Assembly (NCBI GenBank): GCA_963758525.1
Contig: CAVWVQ010000003.1
Span: forward strand, 3,392,001 to 3,456,000
Origin: an uncultured Phycisphaerales bacterium
GTDB taxonomy: Bacteria > Planctomycetota > Phycisphaerae > Tepidisphaerales > Tepidisphaeraceae
Reading direction: 5' to 3'
Length of the DNA: 64,000 bases
Shown: positions 31,412 through 42,489 of the stretch, one piece after another
How positions within the stretch are numbered: position 1 is the stretch's first letter
How the letters are laid out: each line of letters starts with the position of its first letter
The notes under the pieces: generated by a model
What the model was told of the DNA's origin: nothing
Databases searched by the model: none
Seen by the model: the letters and a program-made list of their open reading frames with translations, nothing else
Program-made: the position numbers and the translations under genes

Positions 31412-31852
31412 ATGAGAACCTTAGCCGTCGATTTGGGAACGCGACGCGTTGGCCTCGCGTTAAGCGACGACGGCGGGAAGTTCGCTTCCCCGTACGATGT
31501 CCTGACAATCACCAATCCGGACCAGGCTATCGAGCAAGTGCAGCGGGTGGTCGACGCAGAGTCCGTCGAGCGGCTGGTGGTTGGCGTTCCGCTGAACATG
31601 GACGATTCAACAGGCTCGCAGGCTCGGCGAGCCGTCGAGTGGGGGAGGCGGTTGAGTTCTCGGACGTCCCTCCCGCTGATCCTCATCGACGAGCGGCTCA
31701 GCTCATTTGCGGCCGAGCAGCAGTTGATCGATCGCAAGAGATCCGGCGAGAAGCTCACGCGGGCACGAAAAAAGAAACAGCTCGATGCGTTGGCGGCTGC
31801 CGCGTTCCTGCAGCAGTTTTTGGACGGAACACTCGTGCCGCTCGACCTTTAG
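31412..31852 (+). CDS. ruvX: YqgF/RuvX pre-16S rRNA nuclease / resolvase-like protein
   Basis: LAVDLGTRRVGLALSD, VVGVPLNMD, DERLSS, LDALAAAAFLQ. Confidence 0.93.
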   Translation: MRTLAVDLGTRRVGLALSDDGGKFASPYDVLTITNPDQAIEQVQRVVDAESVERLVVGVPLNMDDSTGSQARRAVEWGRRLSSRTSLPLILIDERLSSFAAEQQLIDRKRSGEKLTRARKKKQLDALAAAAFLQQFLDGTLVPLDL

Positions 31853-31932
31853 CTGCTTTCGTCGACATATCGTTGGGTTTCGATTGGTATTTGACGAACT
31901 ACCGAATCCTTAACAACGTAAGTCGTTTCAGC

Positions 31933-32199
31933 ATGATGATGACGTGTCTGGAGACCGACGCTTGCCTCCCGCAATACCTGGCAGGGGGGCTGTCCCAATT
32001 GGAGCGGGATGAGCTGCGCCAGCACCTTTCCATTTGCCGGATTTGCGCTCGGCACGCCGCGGAACTGCGCGCGGTGAGGCAGACCATCGGGCGTTTTGCC
32101 GCTGACACCCCCGAGCCTTCGGCCAGCGAGGTTCCCCTCGCATTAATCCAGGCGATCCTGGAAATGGCGGAGTCGCCGCCCGACTGGCAACAGTTTTGA
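31933..32199 (+). CDS. Small zf-HC2 anti-sigma-like zinc-binding protein
   Basis: MTC...LPQYLAGGL...HLSICRIC (HxxxCxxC). Confidence 0.7.
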   Translation: MMMTCLETDACLPQYLAGGLSQLERDELRQHLSICRICARHAAELRAVRQTIGRFAADTPEPSASEVPLALIQAILEMAESPPDWQQF

Positions 32200-32592
32200 C
32201 CCACTCTCCGCGTTCTCTCTGGAAAATCTTTCCTCATCTTTCGCGGCCGTGCTTTTCTTCCGTTCAAGTGGGAATTTTCATTCCCACCGACTCTCCGTTG
32301 GAATAGACTTTCCGTCCCGCGGGTTCCCCTCTTACGACCCGCCTGTTGCGAGCAGATCGAAGGCGGGTCTTGGGTTCGAGCGGATGAGAAAACCGGAGTC
32401 AGATGGCCTCGGGTCCGCTCCGTCGCCCGGCAATCAACGGCGAAGGAGGTGCTGCTCGGCAATGCTGATTGTTCCCAAAAGATCGTGGCCAGCGCGGTCC
32501 GCGCGTGCGGCAAAACTCGCTGTCCGATCTGTCAGTTCACGGTTGTACGACGAATCAATTGTTCCCCACACTTTCTGCGAAAGGATAACGCC

Positions 32593-32868
32593 ATGAAGTC
32601 CTCGAAAATGATGCTCGCTGCTGCCGCCATGGGTGGTTTGGTTGCTGGCGCCGCGATGAATGTCTCGGCCTCCGCCTCGACCCATTCCCAGAAGTCGGCC
32701 GTTCAGTCCCAGGTCGGCGCCAAGGGCGCCGCGATCGCGCTCGATAAGCACGATTGCAAAGGCATGAATTCCTGCAAGGGCCAGGGCGGTTGCAAGACCG
32801 GCGACAACGGCTGCAAGGGCAAGAATTCCTGCAAGGGCAACGGCGGCTGCAAAGTCTCCGAGCTGTAA
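32593..32868 (+). CDS. Bufferin-like RiPP precursor (signal peptide + six Cys, BufA2-related)
   Basis: Sec signal, then DCKGMNSCKGQGGCKTGDNGCKGKNSCKGNGGC; directly upstream of a DUF692 gene. Confidence 0.88.
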   Translation: MKSSKMMLAAAAMGGLVAGAAMNVSASASTHSQKSAVQSQVGAKGAAIALDKHDCKGMNSCKGQGGCKTGDNGCKGKNSCKGNGGCKVSEL

Positions 32869-32993
32869 CGCGTTCTCCCTCGGTGTAGCCGGCGAGCATG
32901 CTCGCCGTTTGTTCAGCGTCCCAGCATGAAGGGTCTGGACCCGCATTTGGTTCCGGTCCAGACCCTTCATCGCTTTTTGCCGAGATCACTCTG

Positions 32994-33887
32994 ATGCCCG
33001 CAAATCGCTTCAACGGATTCACGGATCTGGGAATCGGCATCGGCCTGCGGGTGCCGCATTACCGCCACATTCTCGACAAGAAGCCCGCCTGCGATTGGTT
33101 TGAGGTCATCAGCGAAAATTACATGTGCGATGGCGGTCGGCCGCTCGAAGTGCTGGATGAAATCCTCGAGCAGTACAAGGTGGTGCAGCACGGGGTGTCG
33201 ATGTATTTCGGCTCAGCGGACAAGCTGAACCGCGAGCATCTCAAACGGCTGAAGAATCTGGTCAAACGCACGAAAACGCCGTTTCTTTCCGACCATCTCT
33301 GCTGGGGCAGCGTCGATGGAACCTACTCCCATGATTTGCTGCCGATGCCCTACACATTTGCCGCCGCCAAGCTGACCGCGCAGCACGTCCGCGAGGCCAG
33401 CGATTTTCTGGAGGTCCCGATCTGCGTGGAAAACGTGAGCAGCTATGCCGAATATCACGTTTCGGAAATGACCGAATGGGAGTTTCTTTCCGAAGTCGTC
33501 GACCTGGCGGATTGCGGAATGCTGCTCGACGTCAACAACATTTACGTTTCCAGCAAGAACCACGGCTTCGATCCATACGACTACCTTCGCGGCGTGCCGC
33601 TCGATCGGGTCGGGCAGATGCACATTGCCGGGCACAGCAAGTACGAAAAATACATTCTCGATACGCATGACCATCCCGTGCTCGATCCGGTCTGGAAAAT
33701 GTACGAGCATGTGATCGAACGCATCGGGCCCGTGAACACGCTCCTGGAATGGGACGCCCACATCCCATCGTTCGACGAAGTTCACAACGAGGCGCTCAAG
33801 GCCAACAAGTTTGTCGCGCGCGTTCTGAACAATGGACGTATTCAGAAGAAGCGGAAGCGGGAGGCGCATGAAGCGCTCACGGTCTGA
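32994..33887 (+). CDS. DUF692 multinuclear non-heme iron oxidative enzyme (MNIO, BufB-like)
   Basis: GIGLRVPHY, FEVISENY, HGVSM, SDHLCW, ENVSSY, LLDVNNIYVS, MHIAGH, LDTHD, LLEWD. Confidence 0.95.
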   Translation: MPANRFNGFTDLGIGIGLRVPHYRHILDKKPACDWFEVISENYMCDGGRPLEVLDEILEQYKVVQHGVSMYFGSADKLNREHLKRLKNLVKRTKTPFLSDHLCWGSVDGTYSHDLLPMPYTFAAAKLTAQHVREASDFLEVPICVENVSSYAEYHVSEMTEWEFLSEVVDLADCGMLLDVNNIYVSSKNHGFDPYDYLRGVPLDRVGQMHIAGHSKYEKYILDTHDHPVLDPVWKMYEHVIERIGPVNTLLEWDAHIPSFDEVHNEALKANKFVARVLNNGRIQKKRKREAHEALTV

Positions 33888-34820
33888 ATCGCTGCCGGCG
33901 ATCGCGCCGTTGTCCGCCCCTGCGCCGCGCCGGCGACAGACGCTCGGCGAGCTCAAGGAACTGCAGCGGCTCACGTTCTCCGCGATCAGCCGGCAGCTTG
34001 GGCCGTCCAACTCCATGCAGCGCACCTGGACGGACGGGCGGCCCACCGCGAATGTGATTGCCGAGTTTATCAAACCGAATGACCGGCTCACGTCGCTGGA
34101 ACGCATCGAACTGTATAACAAGCAGTATTGGTTCCGTCTCCTCGATTGCCTCTACGACGACTTTCCCGGCCTGCGCGATCCTCGGCGAAAATAAGTTCCG
34201 CAAACTGCGCATCGCATACCTCGATCGATATCCGTCCAAATCCTTCACCATGCGCAATCTCGGATCGCGGCTCGTTGAATTTCTCGCCGCCAATCCGCAG
34301 CTCATTGCGCCGCACACCGCGATGTGCATGGAGATGGCCCGTTTTGAATGGGCTCAGATTGTCGCGTTTGACGGCCTGATGCTGCCCCCGCTGGTGCCCG
34401 AGGATCTCCTCGGCCGCGATCCGCAGAAGCTGACGCTCGCACTGCAGCCGTACGTCACTTTGCTGGAACTCGGTTATCCGCTAGACGAGTTCGTGCTGGC
34501 GATCAAGAAGACGTCGCTGGCGCAGAAGCGAGCAACGCCATCGAGATGGAAGAGCAGTCATCCACCCGAAAACGCACGGTCCCTCTTCCCCGCCCGCGGA
34601 AGATGTTCATCGGCGTGCATCGCTGGAACAACAGTCTTTATTACAAAAGGCTGGAGCCGGGCGCATTTCATCTGCTTTGCGCCTGCGCGATGGAAGCACG
34701 GTAGCCGAGGCTTGCGCCATCTCAATCGAAACCGGCGGGGAAGAGGAGAACGACTGGGCCGGGCGCATCCGCGCGTGGTTTCAGCTTTTCACCGAACTGG
34801 GTTGGCTCTGCAAAGCGTGA
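33868..34820 (+). CDS. DUF2063 / BufC-HvfC-like MNIO partner protein (frameshifts near 34175, 34515, 34680)
   Basis: RIELYNKQYWFRLLDCLYDDFPGL, YPSKSFTMRNLG, MARFEWAQ; ends ...FTELGWLCKA. Confidence 0.85.
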
Positions 34821-34856
34821 ATCGCACTCCGCACAAAATTCCACTACGGATTTCCC

Positions 34857-35405
34857 ATGACTGAATGCAAAACTGATCTGGCACACGAACTGGTTCTGCG
34901 CGGGTACAGCACCTTCGACAGGGTCGCCAACAATCTCCGTTCATTCGTTCTGCTCTTCATCCGCCTCTGTTTCGGCTGGGAGTTGTATGTTTCCGGCCGG
35001 GGACATCTGCAGAACGTTGATGTGATGATCCAGAGATTTATCGAATGGCACGTTCCGTTCCCGCACATCAATGTCTACATCTCCGCCTACACTGAAATGA
35101 TCGGTGGGATGGCGATGCTGTTCGGTGTCTTTTCGCGACTGGTCGCGGTGCCGCTGACCGTCAACTTCATCGTCGCCTACCTGACCGCCAGCCGGGACAC
35201 CGTGATTCATCTGCTGCACGGGCCGGACCGGCTCAAAGCCGTCGACGACTTCACAGGGGATACCGCCTTTTTCTTTCTCGTTGCTGCCCTGGTCATTCTG
35301 GCATTCGGTCCGGGAAAGGCGTCGATCGATTACCTTCTCTCCCGCACGCTCTTCAAGAAACGGCAGCATTTGTTAGCCGGCAGTCAAATTCGCTCGAAGA
35401 GTTGA
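34857..35405 (+). CDS. DoxX-family membrane protein (BufD-like)
   Basis: LLFIRLCFGW, EMIGGMAMLFG..SRL, GPGKASIDY. Confidence 0.9.
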   Translation: MTECKTDLAHELVLRGYSTFDRVANNLRSFVLLFIRLCFGWELYVSGRGHLQNVDVMIQRFIEWHVPFPHINVYISAYTEMIGGMAMLFGVFSRLVAVPLTVNFIVAYLTASRDTVIHLLHGPDRLKAVDDFTGDTAFFFLVAALVILAFGPGKASIDYLLSRTLFKKRQHLLAGSQIRSKS

Positions 35406-35472
35406 CCGCGGCCGCGATCGAATGAGAACGCGCGAAGTTCCGCAACGCGTTCTGGTTCATAAGCGATTTCGG

Positions 35473-35587
35473 CACCTGCTTAGCCGCGCCGCGAAGCGAA
35501 GCGCGTCCGGGAGGGCCGTATTGACGGATTGAGTCAAACTTGCGGAAAACACCGCTGGACGCGCTTCGCTGCGCGGCTAAGCAGGTG
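35473..35587. repeat. Inverted TTAG-type REP-like pair
   Basis: cacctgcttagccgcg...gaagcgcgtcc and ggacgcgcttcgctgcgcggctaagcaggtg. Confidence 0.75.
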
Positions 35588-35640
35588 ACGAAGCGTGCGC
35601 CGAATGCGTGCGCCGAAGTTCCTGAACGCTTCTGATTCGC

Positions 35641-37631
35641 TTATCCTTCGCTCTTGAAGCTCTTCATCGCCGCCATCACGCGATCGATCGCGCCGCTCCA
35701 ATCCCCGGCGCGGGCTGTCGAAACAATCGCATGCTCGGATACCACGGCGTGTCCGCGCGATGCAGCAGCCAGCGCCAATCCGGCGCGAATGCGAGCAGCG
35801 TCCACACCGGTCTGCCCATCGCGCCGGCGAGGTGAACGATGCTCGTGTCGACCGAAATCACCAGGTCCAGATTGGCCACCAGTGCCGCGGTATCGGAAAA
35901 ATCCTGCAGTTGATCGCTCACGTCGTGCAGCGTCATGCCAGCAGGAGGATTTGCCGCCTGCGATGCCGGCGGTCCTTTCTGAAGACTGATCAGCGCCGCG
36001 TCCGGCACGCTCGCCAGCGGCGCCAGCGCGAGCAGCCCGCAGGACCGCTCCTGGTCGCGCTGATGATCCGGATTGCCGGCCCACGCGATGCCGATCTTCA
36101 GCTTTCCGGGCATCGCGGACAGCTTCTCCTTCCATCGCATCACCTTGGAGGGCTCGGCAAAAAGATACGGGATTTCCGACGGAATAGTCGCCAGCGTCGT
36201 CTGCAGGATCGTCGGCAGGCTCAGAAGCGAGCAGTGCGCGTCGAAAGTCGGGTCCGGGTCGGGCGCACAATGAATCCCATGAACGCCCGGAAGCGTCGCG
36301 AACAGTCTTTTCATCGACGGTTGACACTGCAGGATGACTTTTGCTCCCTGCCGGACCACGAGCGGGGCATATCTCGCAAACTGAATCGCGTCGCCAAGGC
36401 CCTGCTCCGAGTAAATCAGGATCGTCTTTCCCGCCGGATCCGAGCCATCCCATTCCGGCTGCGGAAACTTCCGGCGGGGCGGGTAAAAATCCGTGCATTC
36501 CCAGCGCCATTCATACTCCTTCCAGCCTTCCAGATAATCCCCATTGACCAGCAGCGACAGCGACAGTCCCCAGTGCGGCAGCGGCGCGGTCGGTTTCACT
36601 TCCACCGCTTTGCGAAAACAGGCGATCGCCTGATCGATCTCGCACAAATCCAGATGCACGACGCCAAGGTTGTAGTGATTCAACGGCGCGGTCGGCTTCA
36701 ACTCGATCGCGCGGCGGCAGGCGTGCTTTGCTTCGTCGAATCGGCGCAGAGTCCTGAGCACCGAGCCGATTTCCATCCAGGTCTCCTCGCCATCGGGATC
36801 CAGTTGCAGGGCTTTGCGATACTCGGCGAGGGCCTCTTCGTTGCGCCGCATTTTCGAGAGCACCGATCCCAGATTGCGCTGCGCGTCCACATAGCTGCTC
36901 CGCAGACGCAGCGCCTGCCGCACCTCCGCCTCGGCCTGGTCATACATCTTGGAAGCCACCAGCGCCATTGCCAGATTGTTGTGCCCTTGCGGATAATCCG
37001 GTCGAAGCGCGACGGCGCGGCGGCAGCTGGCCAGCGACTCTTCATTGCGATGCAGTTCCGCGAGGGTGGCGCCCAGCCCTGAGTACGCCTCGGCGTAGTT
37101 CGGGCGCGCTGCAATCGCCTTGCGGTAACATGCTTCCGATTCTTCCAGTTTTTCCGCGATGCGGAGCGCCCCGGCCAAGCTGTTCAGCGCCTCGGGGAAG
37201 GTGGGGTTGAGCGCCAACGCGCGTCGAAAGCATTGCTCGGCTTCATCCGTTTCGCCCAATTCGTTGAGGACCACGCCGAGATTCTGATGCGCCGCCGCCA
37301 TCTTCGGATCGAGCTCCACGGCTTTGCGCAGATGCGGCAGCGCCTCCGCGGGCCGGTCGCGATCGCGCAGCAAATTTCCCAGATTGCTGTGTGCGACCGC
37401 GATGTTCGGCCTGAGGTGAACAGCCCTCCGCAGGAAAGTCTCCGCCTGGTCGAACCGCCGCGTCTGGCTCAGCAGCACGCCGTAGAGATGCAGCGCGTCG
37501 AAGTGGTCCGGCGAACGATTCAGCACCTGCCGATACAGCGGCTCGGCCTCGGCCAGCTTACCGGCCGAGTGCAATTGCGCCGCTCGCTGAACGACGCTCG
37601 AAACCCGGTCATTGTCAAAGGGTAAAGGCAT
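35641..37631 (-). CDS. TPR-repeat glycosyltransferase-like protein (GT9-like C-terminus; frameshift near 35712)
   Basis: About 10 TPRs, GWKEYEWRW, EQGLGDAIQFARY, DLVISVDTSIVHLAGAMG, TPWYPSMRLFRQ. Confidence 0.9.
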
Positions 37632-37648
37632 TTGCGTTGTTCCTTCCC

Positions 37649-37801
37649 GCGTGCGCAGCACTCCGAATCGTTTAGTTAGCCGCCTCGCTGGCGAGGCGTG
37701 TCCAATAGCGCAATTGTTACCGCGTCAAACTGGACTACCGCGCCGCTGGACACCCTCGCGAGCGAGGCGGCTAACTAAAGGATTCGGAGTGCTGCGCACG
37801 C
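37649..37801. repeat. Long (~55 bp) imperfect inverted repeat containing a TTAG-type REP
   Basis: gtgcgcagcactccgaatc.tttagttagccgcctcgct...tgtcca and tggaca...agcgaggcggctaactaaa.gattcggagtgctgcgcac. Confidence 0.85.
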
Positions 37802-37822
37802 AGTGAGGAGGCGTCATCCCCG

Positions 37823-39673
37823 TCATCCCTCCGACGGTGCCGGCAGTTCCTCCGACGACCGCATAAACCGCGCGAACCATCCTTCGTTCCTCGCCAGCAT
37901 CTGCGGCGAACCCTGCTCGGTCACCTGGCCGTCCTCGATCACATACACCATGTCCGCCTGATTGATCAGGCTCGGCCGATGGCTCGTCAGCACGGTGGTG
38001 CGCCCCGCCATCAGGCGGTCCAGGGCGGCAACAATCGCCGCTTCTGAATCGGGCTCGACGCTGCTGGTCGGCTCGTCGAGCAGGAGCACCGTCGGATTCG
38101 CCAGGAACGCCCGGGCGATGCTGATCCGCTGCTTCTGCCCGCCGCTGAGTCGCACGCCGCGTTCCCCCACCCGCGTGTCATACCCGGATGGCAGTCGTTC
38201 GATAAACGCATGAGCATTGGCGGCTTTGGCCGCGGCAACCACCTGCGCCATCGTCGCCTCGGGATGACCGTAACGAATGTTGTCGATAATGCGATCGTTG
38301 AAGAGAAACGTCTCCTGCTGCACCAGCGCGAAGTGCCTCCGCAGATCGTCGCGGCGGATTGAACGCAGTTCCCGGCCATCCAGCATCACCTTGCCGCGCA
38401 GCGGATCGTAGAAGCGCAGCAGCAGATTCAGTACGGTGCTTTTTCCGGCGCCGCTGGGCCCGCAGAGCGCAACCGTCTGCCCTCGGTGAATAACGATATT
38501 CGCGTCACGAAGCACCACCGGTGGCTCGCCGTCGTCGCCTTCGGGGTAGCGGAACGTCACGCCGATCAGTTCCATTTCACCAGCAATCTGTCGGAGCGGA
38601 GCGGCATTGGGATCGTCCGGAAGCTCGTCGGGCGCGTCGAGAATTTCGAACACCCGCCGCCCGGATGCGATCGCCCGTTGCACCATGTCGTTGACCCGCG
38701 CCAGCGTCTGCACCGGCCCGAAAAGCCGCCACCAATAGGCCCGGAACGCGAGCAGCTTGCCGACCGTGAATCCGCCGCCGGTGAGGATGGAGTATCCCCC
38801 GACGCCGATCATGAAAATATTGCTGAAGAAGCCAACCGCGCGGGTGAAGGGGAAGAACAGAGTCCGCGCATTGATCGCCCGGATCTGCTGGCGGTAATAC
38901 CCCTCGGTGGCAGCGCGGAACCTCTCGGCCTCCTGCCGCTCGCGCCCGAAGATTTTGATGACGATCACGCCCGACAGATTTTCCTGAAGCCGTGTCGTGA
39001 CATCCGCCGCACGCTCGCGCACGGTTGTGTAGATGGATTTGACGCGGGCGTTAAAAATCCGCAGCAGCACATAGACGACGGCCATCGGCGCCAATGATGC
39101 TGACGCGACCTTCCAATCCATCAGCATCACCAGCGCGACCGTGGCGCACCACTGGAGGCCGTCACCGATGATCTGGTCGATCCCGTTGACGATGAACGAC
39201 TGCAGCTCGTCGACATCGCCGATCGCCCGGCTGATCAGATCGCCGCTGCGCTGCCGCTGCAGATATCCGAGGCTCTGCGACTGCAGCTTGTGATACACGC
39301 GGTTTCTGATGCCGAGGATAAACTTCTGCGCCACGCGGTTGAGCACATTTGTGCTGGCGGTTCCCATCGCTTCGCCGATCACATACACCCCGAAGAGCCA
39401 GATGATGGCAGACAGCAGCAACGCCAGTTTGCCGTTGAAATGTCCAGCGAACGAGAAAAGAAACGGAAGCACGGGCGTTGGCCGCGACCTGCCCGCGAGG
39501 ATCAGGTCGTCGGTGACATATTTCCAGACCAGCGCCGGAAACAGCTCACACGGCGCCGAGAGGATCAGCAGGAGCATCCCCGCCCCAATGGCGGCATAGT
39601 GGGGGCGCAGCATCTTCAGCAGCCGTCTGAAGACGCTGCCCGATGACTGGGTTTGCACGGTCCACGTGGTCAT
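37823..39673 (-). CDS. ABC transporter, fused permease/ATP-binding protein (MsbA-like exporter)
   Basis: TM domain, GPSGAGKST, LSGGQKQRISIARA, LLLDEPTS. Confidence 0.95.
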   Translation of the reverse strand: MTTWTVQTQSSGSVFRRLLKMLRPHYAAIGAGMLLLILSAPCELFPALVWKYVTDDLILAGRSRPTPVLPFLFSFAGHFNGKLALLLSAIIWLFGVYVIGEAMGTASTNVLNRVAQKFILGIRNRVYHKLQSQSLGYLQRQRSGDLISRAIGDVDELQSFIVNGIDQIIGDGLQWCATVALVMLMDWKVASASLAPMAVVYVLLRIFNARVKSIYTTVRERAADVTTRLQENLSGVIVIKIFGRERQEAERFRAATEGYYRQQIRAINARTLFFPFTRAVGFFSNIFMIGVGGYSILTGGGFTVGKLLAFRAYWWRLFGPVQTLARVNDMVQRAIASGRRVFEILDAPDELPDDPNAAPLRQIAGEMELIGVTFRYPEGDDGEPPVVLRDANIVIHRGQTVALCGPSGAGKSTVLNLLLRFYDPLRGKVMLDGRELRSIRRDDLRRHFALVQQETFLFNDRIIDNIRYGHPEATMAQVVAAAKAANAHAFIERLPSGYDTRVGERGVRLSGGQKQRISIARAFLANPTVLLLDEPTSSVEPDSEAAIVAALDRLMAGRTTVLTSHRPSLINQADMVYVIEDGQVTEQGSPQMLARNEGWFARFMRSSEELPAPSEG

Positions 39674-39725
39674 GTTTTCACTGTTCCGCTACGCCGCCAG
39701 CGCTCAGTTTACCGAAAATAGAGAT

Positions 39726-41328
39726 ATGCTGCCCTTCGCGATTGGTCCTGGAGCAGAGAAGCGAACCCGGCTGGGTTTCTCGCTCGCAATCGGGCTGATC
39801 GCACTGCTGGCGGTAGCGAAAGTCGTTCTGTTCGACACCCTCGATCCGGATTGCTTCTGGCACCTGCGCGTCGCCCAGCAACTCAAAACCGAAGGAATCG
39901 GACCGCTGGTCGATAATCTCTCGTTTGCTTCGATGCAGAGGCCATGGACCCCGTACTCCTGGTTGGCCGAGCTGGCGATGCGCTGGATCTGGCAGAATGC
40001 CGGCTGGCGCGGCGCGGTCGCGACCCAGGCATTGCTCCAGGCGGCCTTCGTGATATTCCTGGCCGCCGCCTGTCGCGCTCGGTCGACTTCACCCCGAGCC
40101 CATCTTGGCCCGCGCGGCCAGGGCGCCGACCGATCCGGGCGCGCTTCAGGCCGTCGTTGCCACGCTCTTTGGAACGGTCCTCTCGCTGCCGTATCTGAGC
40201 TTTCGTCCGGTAACCGCGGCGCTGGCGGCGCTGACTGCCTGCGCATGGCTGATCATCCGCGATCGGCGCGCGGCCGAACGCACCTGGGCCGTGTGGCTCC
40301 TGGCGCCGCTGACGGCGTTGATCGTCAACTTGCATCTCTACGCGATCTTTGTCCCGCTTTGGATCTTCGCGCTGTTGCTCGGCGCGGCATGGGAACGGCG
40401 GGCGCTGAGCAGCCCCGCCGACCGACCTGAAGCAAATCGGCGCATCGAACGCTATGCGATCCTGCTGGTGCTCACGACGGCCGCTTGCGCGATCACGCCG
40501 ATGCTTCCCGGCGCGATCAGCGTTGCGGCGCACTATCAGTTTGCCGACGTGATGGTGCGCGGCACCATGATCGCGGAGATGCAGCCGTTTTATTCCGGGA
40601 TGGCAGGCCGCGTGGCGGCGGCACTGGTCGTCGCGTTCATGTGCTGCGTCACGTTCAATCACCGCAAGCTCCGCAGCGGCGAGATTCTCTGGCTGCTGAT
40701 GAGCTTCCTCCTGCTGCTGCGGCTCGGGCGATTTGCGCCAATTTTCGCGATCGTCGCCGCCCCGATTGCCTCGGCGACCCTGCCGACGCTCTCCGATCGC
40801 CTGCTTGGGCGGACGGCATTGTGCGGCGCGATGACCATCGTTCTCGCGCTGGGCGTTGCGCGCGTTTTCAATTCGTTTCCGCCCCCGGATCAGTCTCTTT
40901 CCGATTGGCTCAACCGCCACGGCTCCGACACGCCCGGATATCCCTGTGCGGCCGCCGACTTCGTCGGTGCGAGGGTGAAGCCCGCTTCGGGCCGGCTCAT
41001 CAATGAGTTCTCGTGGGGCGGATATCTCGAGTGGCGTCTGGGAGACAGGTACCAGACATTGCTGGACGGCCGCACGCAGTTGTTCGTGCCCGAGTTCTGG
41101 AAATGCACCTATCTCGGTCAGCCCGCCGAGCGCGAGCGCTTCCTGGGCGAGTTGGGCGCCGACGCCGCGATCCTGCCGACGCACAATAGCATTTTTCACG
41201 ATTCGCTATCCCACTTGGGCTGGCATACCGCGTTCCGCGACGATCGCTCCGAGGTGATGTTGCCGCCACCTGGCGTCGCGCCAAAACAATCGGACTGGCC
41301 CACCGCGTCGATTCTCCTGGGGGAGTAG
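39726..41328 (+). CDS. Polytopic membrane protein, possible GT-C-fold glycosyltransferase (frameshift near 40095)
   Basis: DPDCFWHLRVA...PWTPYSWLAE, VNLH, C-terminal LINEFSWGGYL...DGRTQLF. Confidence 0.75.
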
Positions 41329-41417
41329 CTTCCGCATCGCCGCTCGCGGCTTCGCTGCGCGAGACCTCGGCGTCGACCACTTCTCTCGACGAGTAAAATA
41401 ATGCTCGTCCGCTGAGT

Positions 41418-42349
41418 CTACTTCTTCTTCGTGGAAGTGCCGCTGCTCGACGAATCCGCCACTGCCGTTTTGGTCGGTGCGACCTTCGGCGTCGCCTCGA
41501 TGTCGCGCAGGTACGAATTGCCATTGTCTTCCACGATGCGGAACGTCACCATCGCGCCGGGCTTAAACTTGCGAAGCTCACTGAGCACTTTCCCATCGAC
41601 GGTCCATCGTTTCCCCTCGAGATGCCCCGGCACTACCACGGTGACGGGGCTGCCGTCCACCTCAATATCGGCTTCGGTCGTTTTGTTCCCATCCACGTCC
41701 GCCGGCTTGATCGCCTTGAGCGTCCCGCTTTGCGGCGTGTTGTAGACCTCAATGCTCTTGATCACCGGGTATTTCACGCCGTTGGTGGCATTGATCAGAA
41801 CCACTTGCCCGTCTTTGAGCTTGTTGATCGAAGCCGTCAGATCGGGATCCGGCGCCATCGCGCCGGTGGAATCCTTCTTATTCGGCAGTGCGAATGAAGT
41901 CACCTTGTCGAAGCGCTTGGCGTCGACCAGCGTGAGGACGTTGTGATTCTCGGAGTGGTCGTACATCTCGTGAAACAAATAAGCGTTAGGCAGCTCCATG
42001 CCCGGCTGCATCGGATACGCCGCAATGCTGCGCATCATGTGTGTCTTGTCAGATTCAATCGTGTAGATGACCTTGACCATGTCACCCGGCGCCACTGCCT
42101 TGATTTGATCCAGAATATCAGTCACGGGATCAACCTTGTAGCCCTTCTCGTCCTTGTTCGTGATGCCGACCTGGACCGGAGCTCCGTCGATGGGCTTGAT
42201 GGTCACCACGTACCGCGGGCATCGTGGTATCGCAACTGTGTCGCATCGGCCAGTCGGCCGATCGCCACGCCTTCTTCGGCGGCCGCGACGCTCGCGAACG
42301 AAAGCACCAGGCCCATCGCCGGCGCCCAGATTCTGTTGCGATTTTGCAT
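41418..42349 (-). CDS. Secreted hypothetical protein with three similar beta-rich repeats (frameshift near 42215)
   Basis: GGAG RBS, then MQNRNRIWAPAMGLVLSFASVAAAEE signal; repeats IKAVAPGDMVKV / INKLKDGQVVLI / LRKFKPGAMVTF. Confidence 0.65.
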
Positions 42350-42489
42350 GTGCGATCTCCTCTGCCACACCCTGCCGTATTGTATCAGTCCGCGAAGCGG
42401 CTGCGAAGTAGCTTATGAAAATTGCACAGCGGGGGATTTTGCAAGCCGCTTCCTCCGCGGGCTTGCCGGACTGATCGCGGGCCGCTTCA

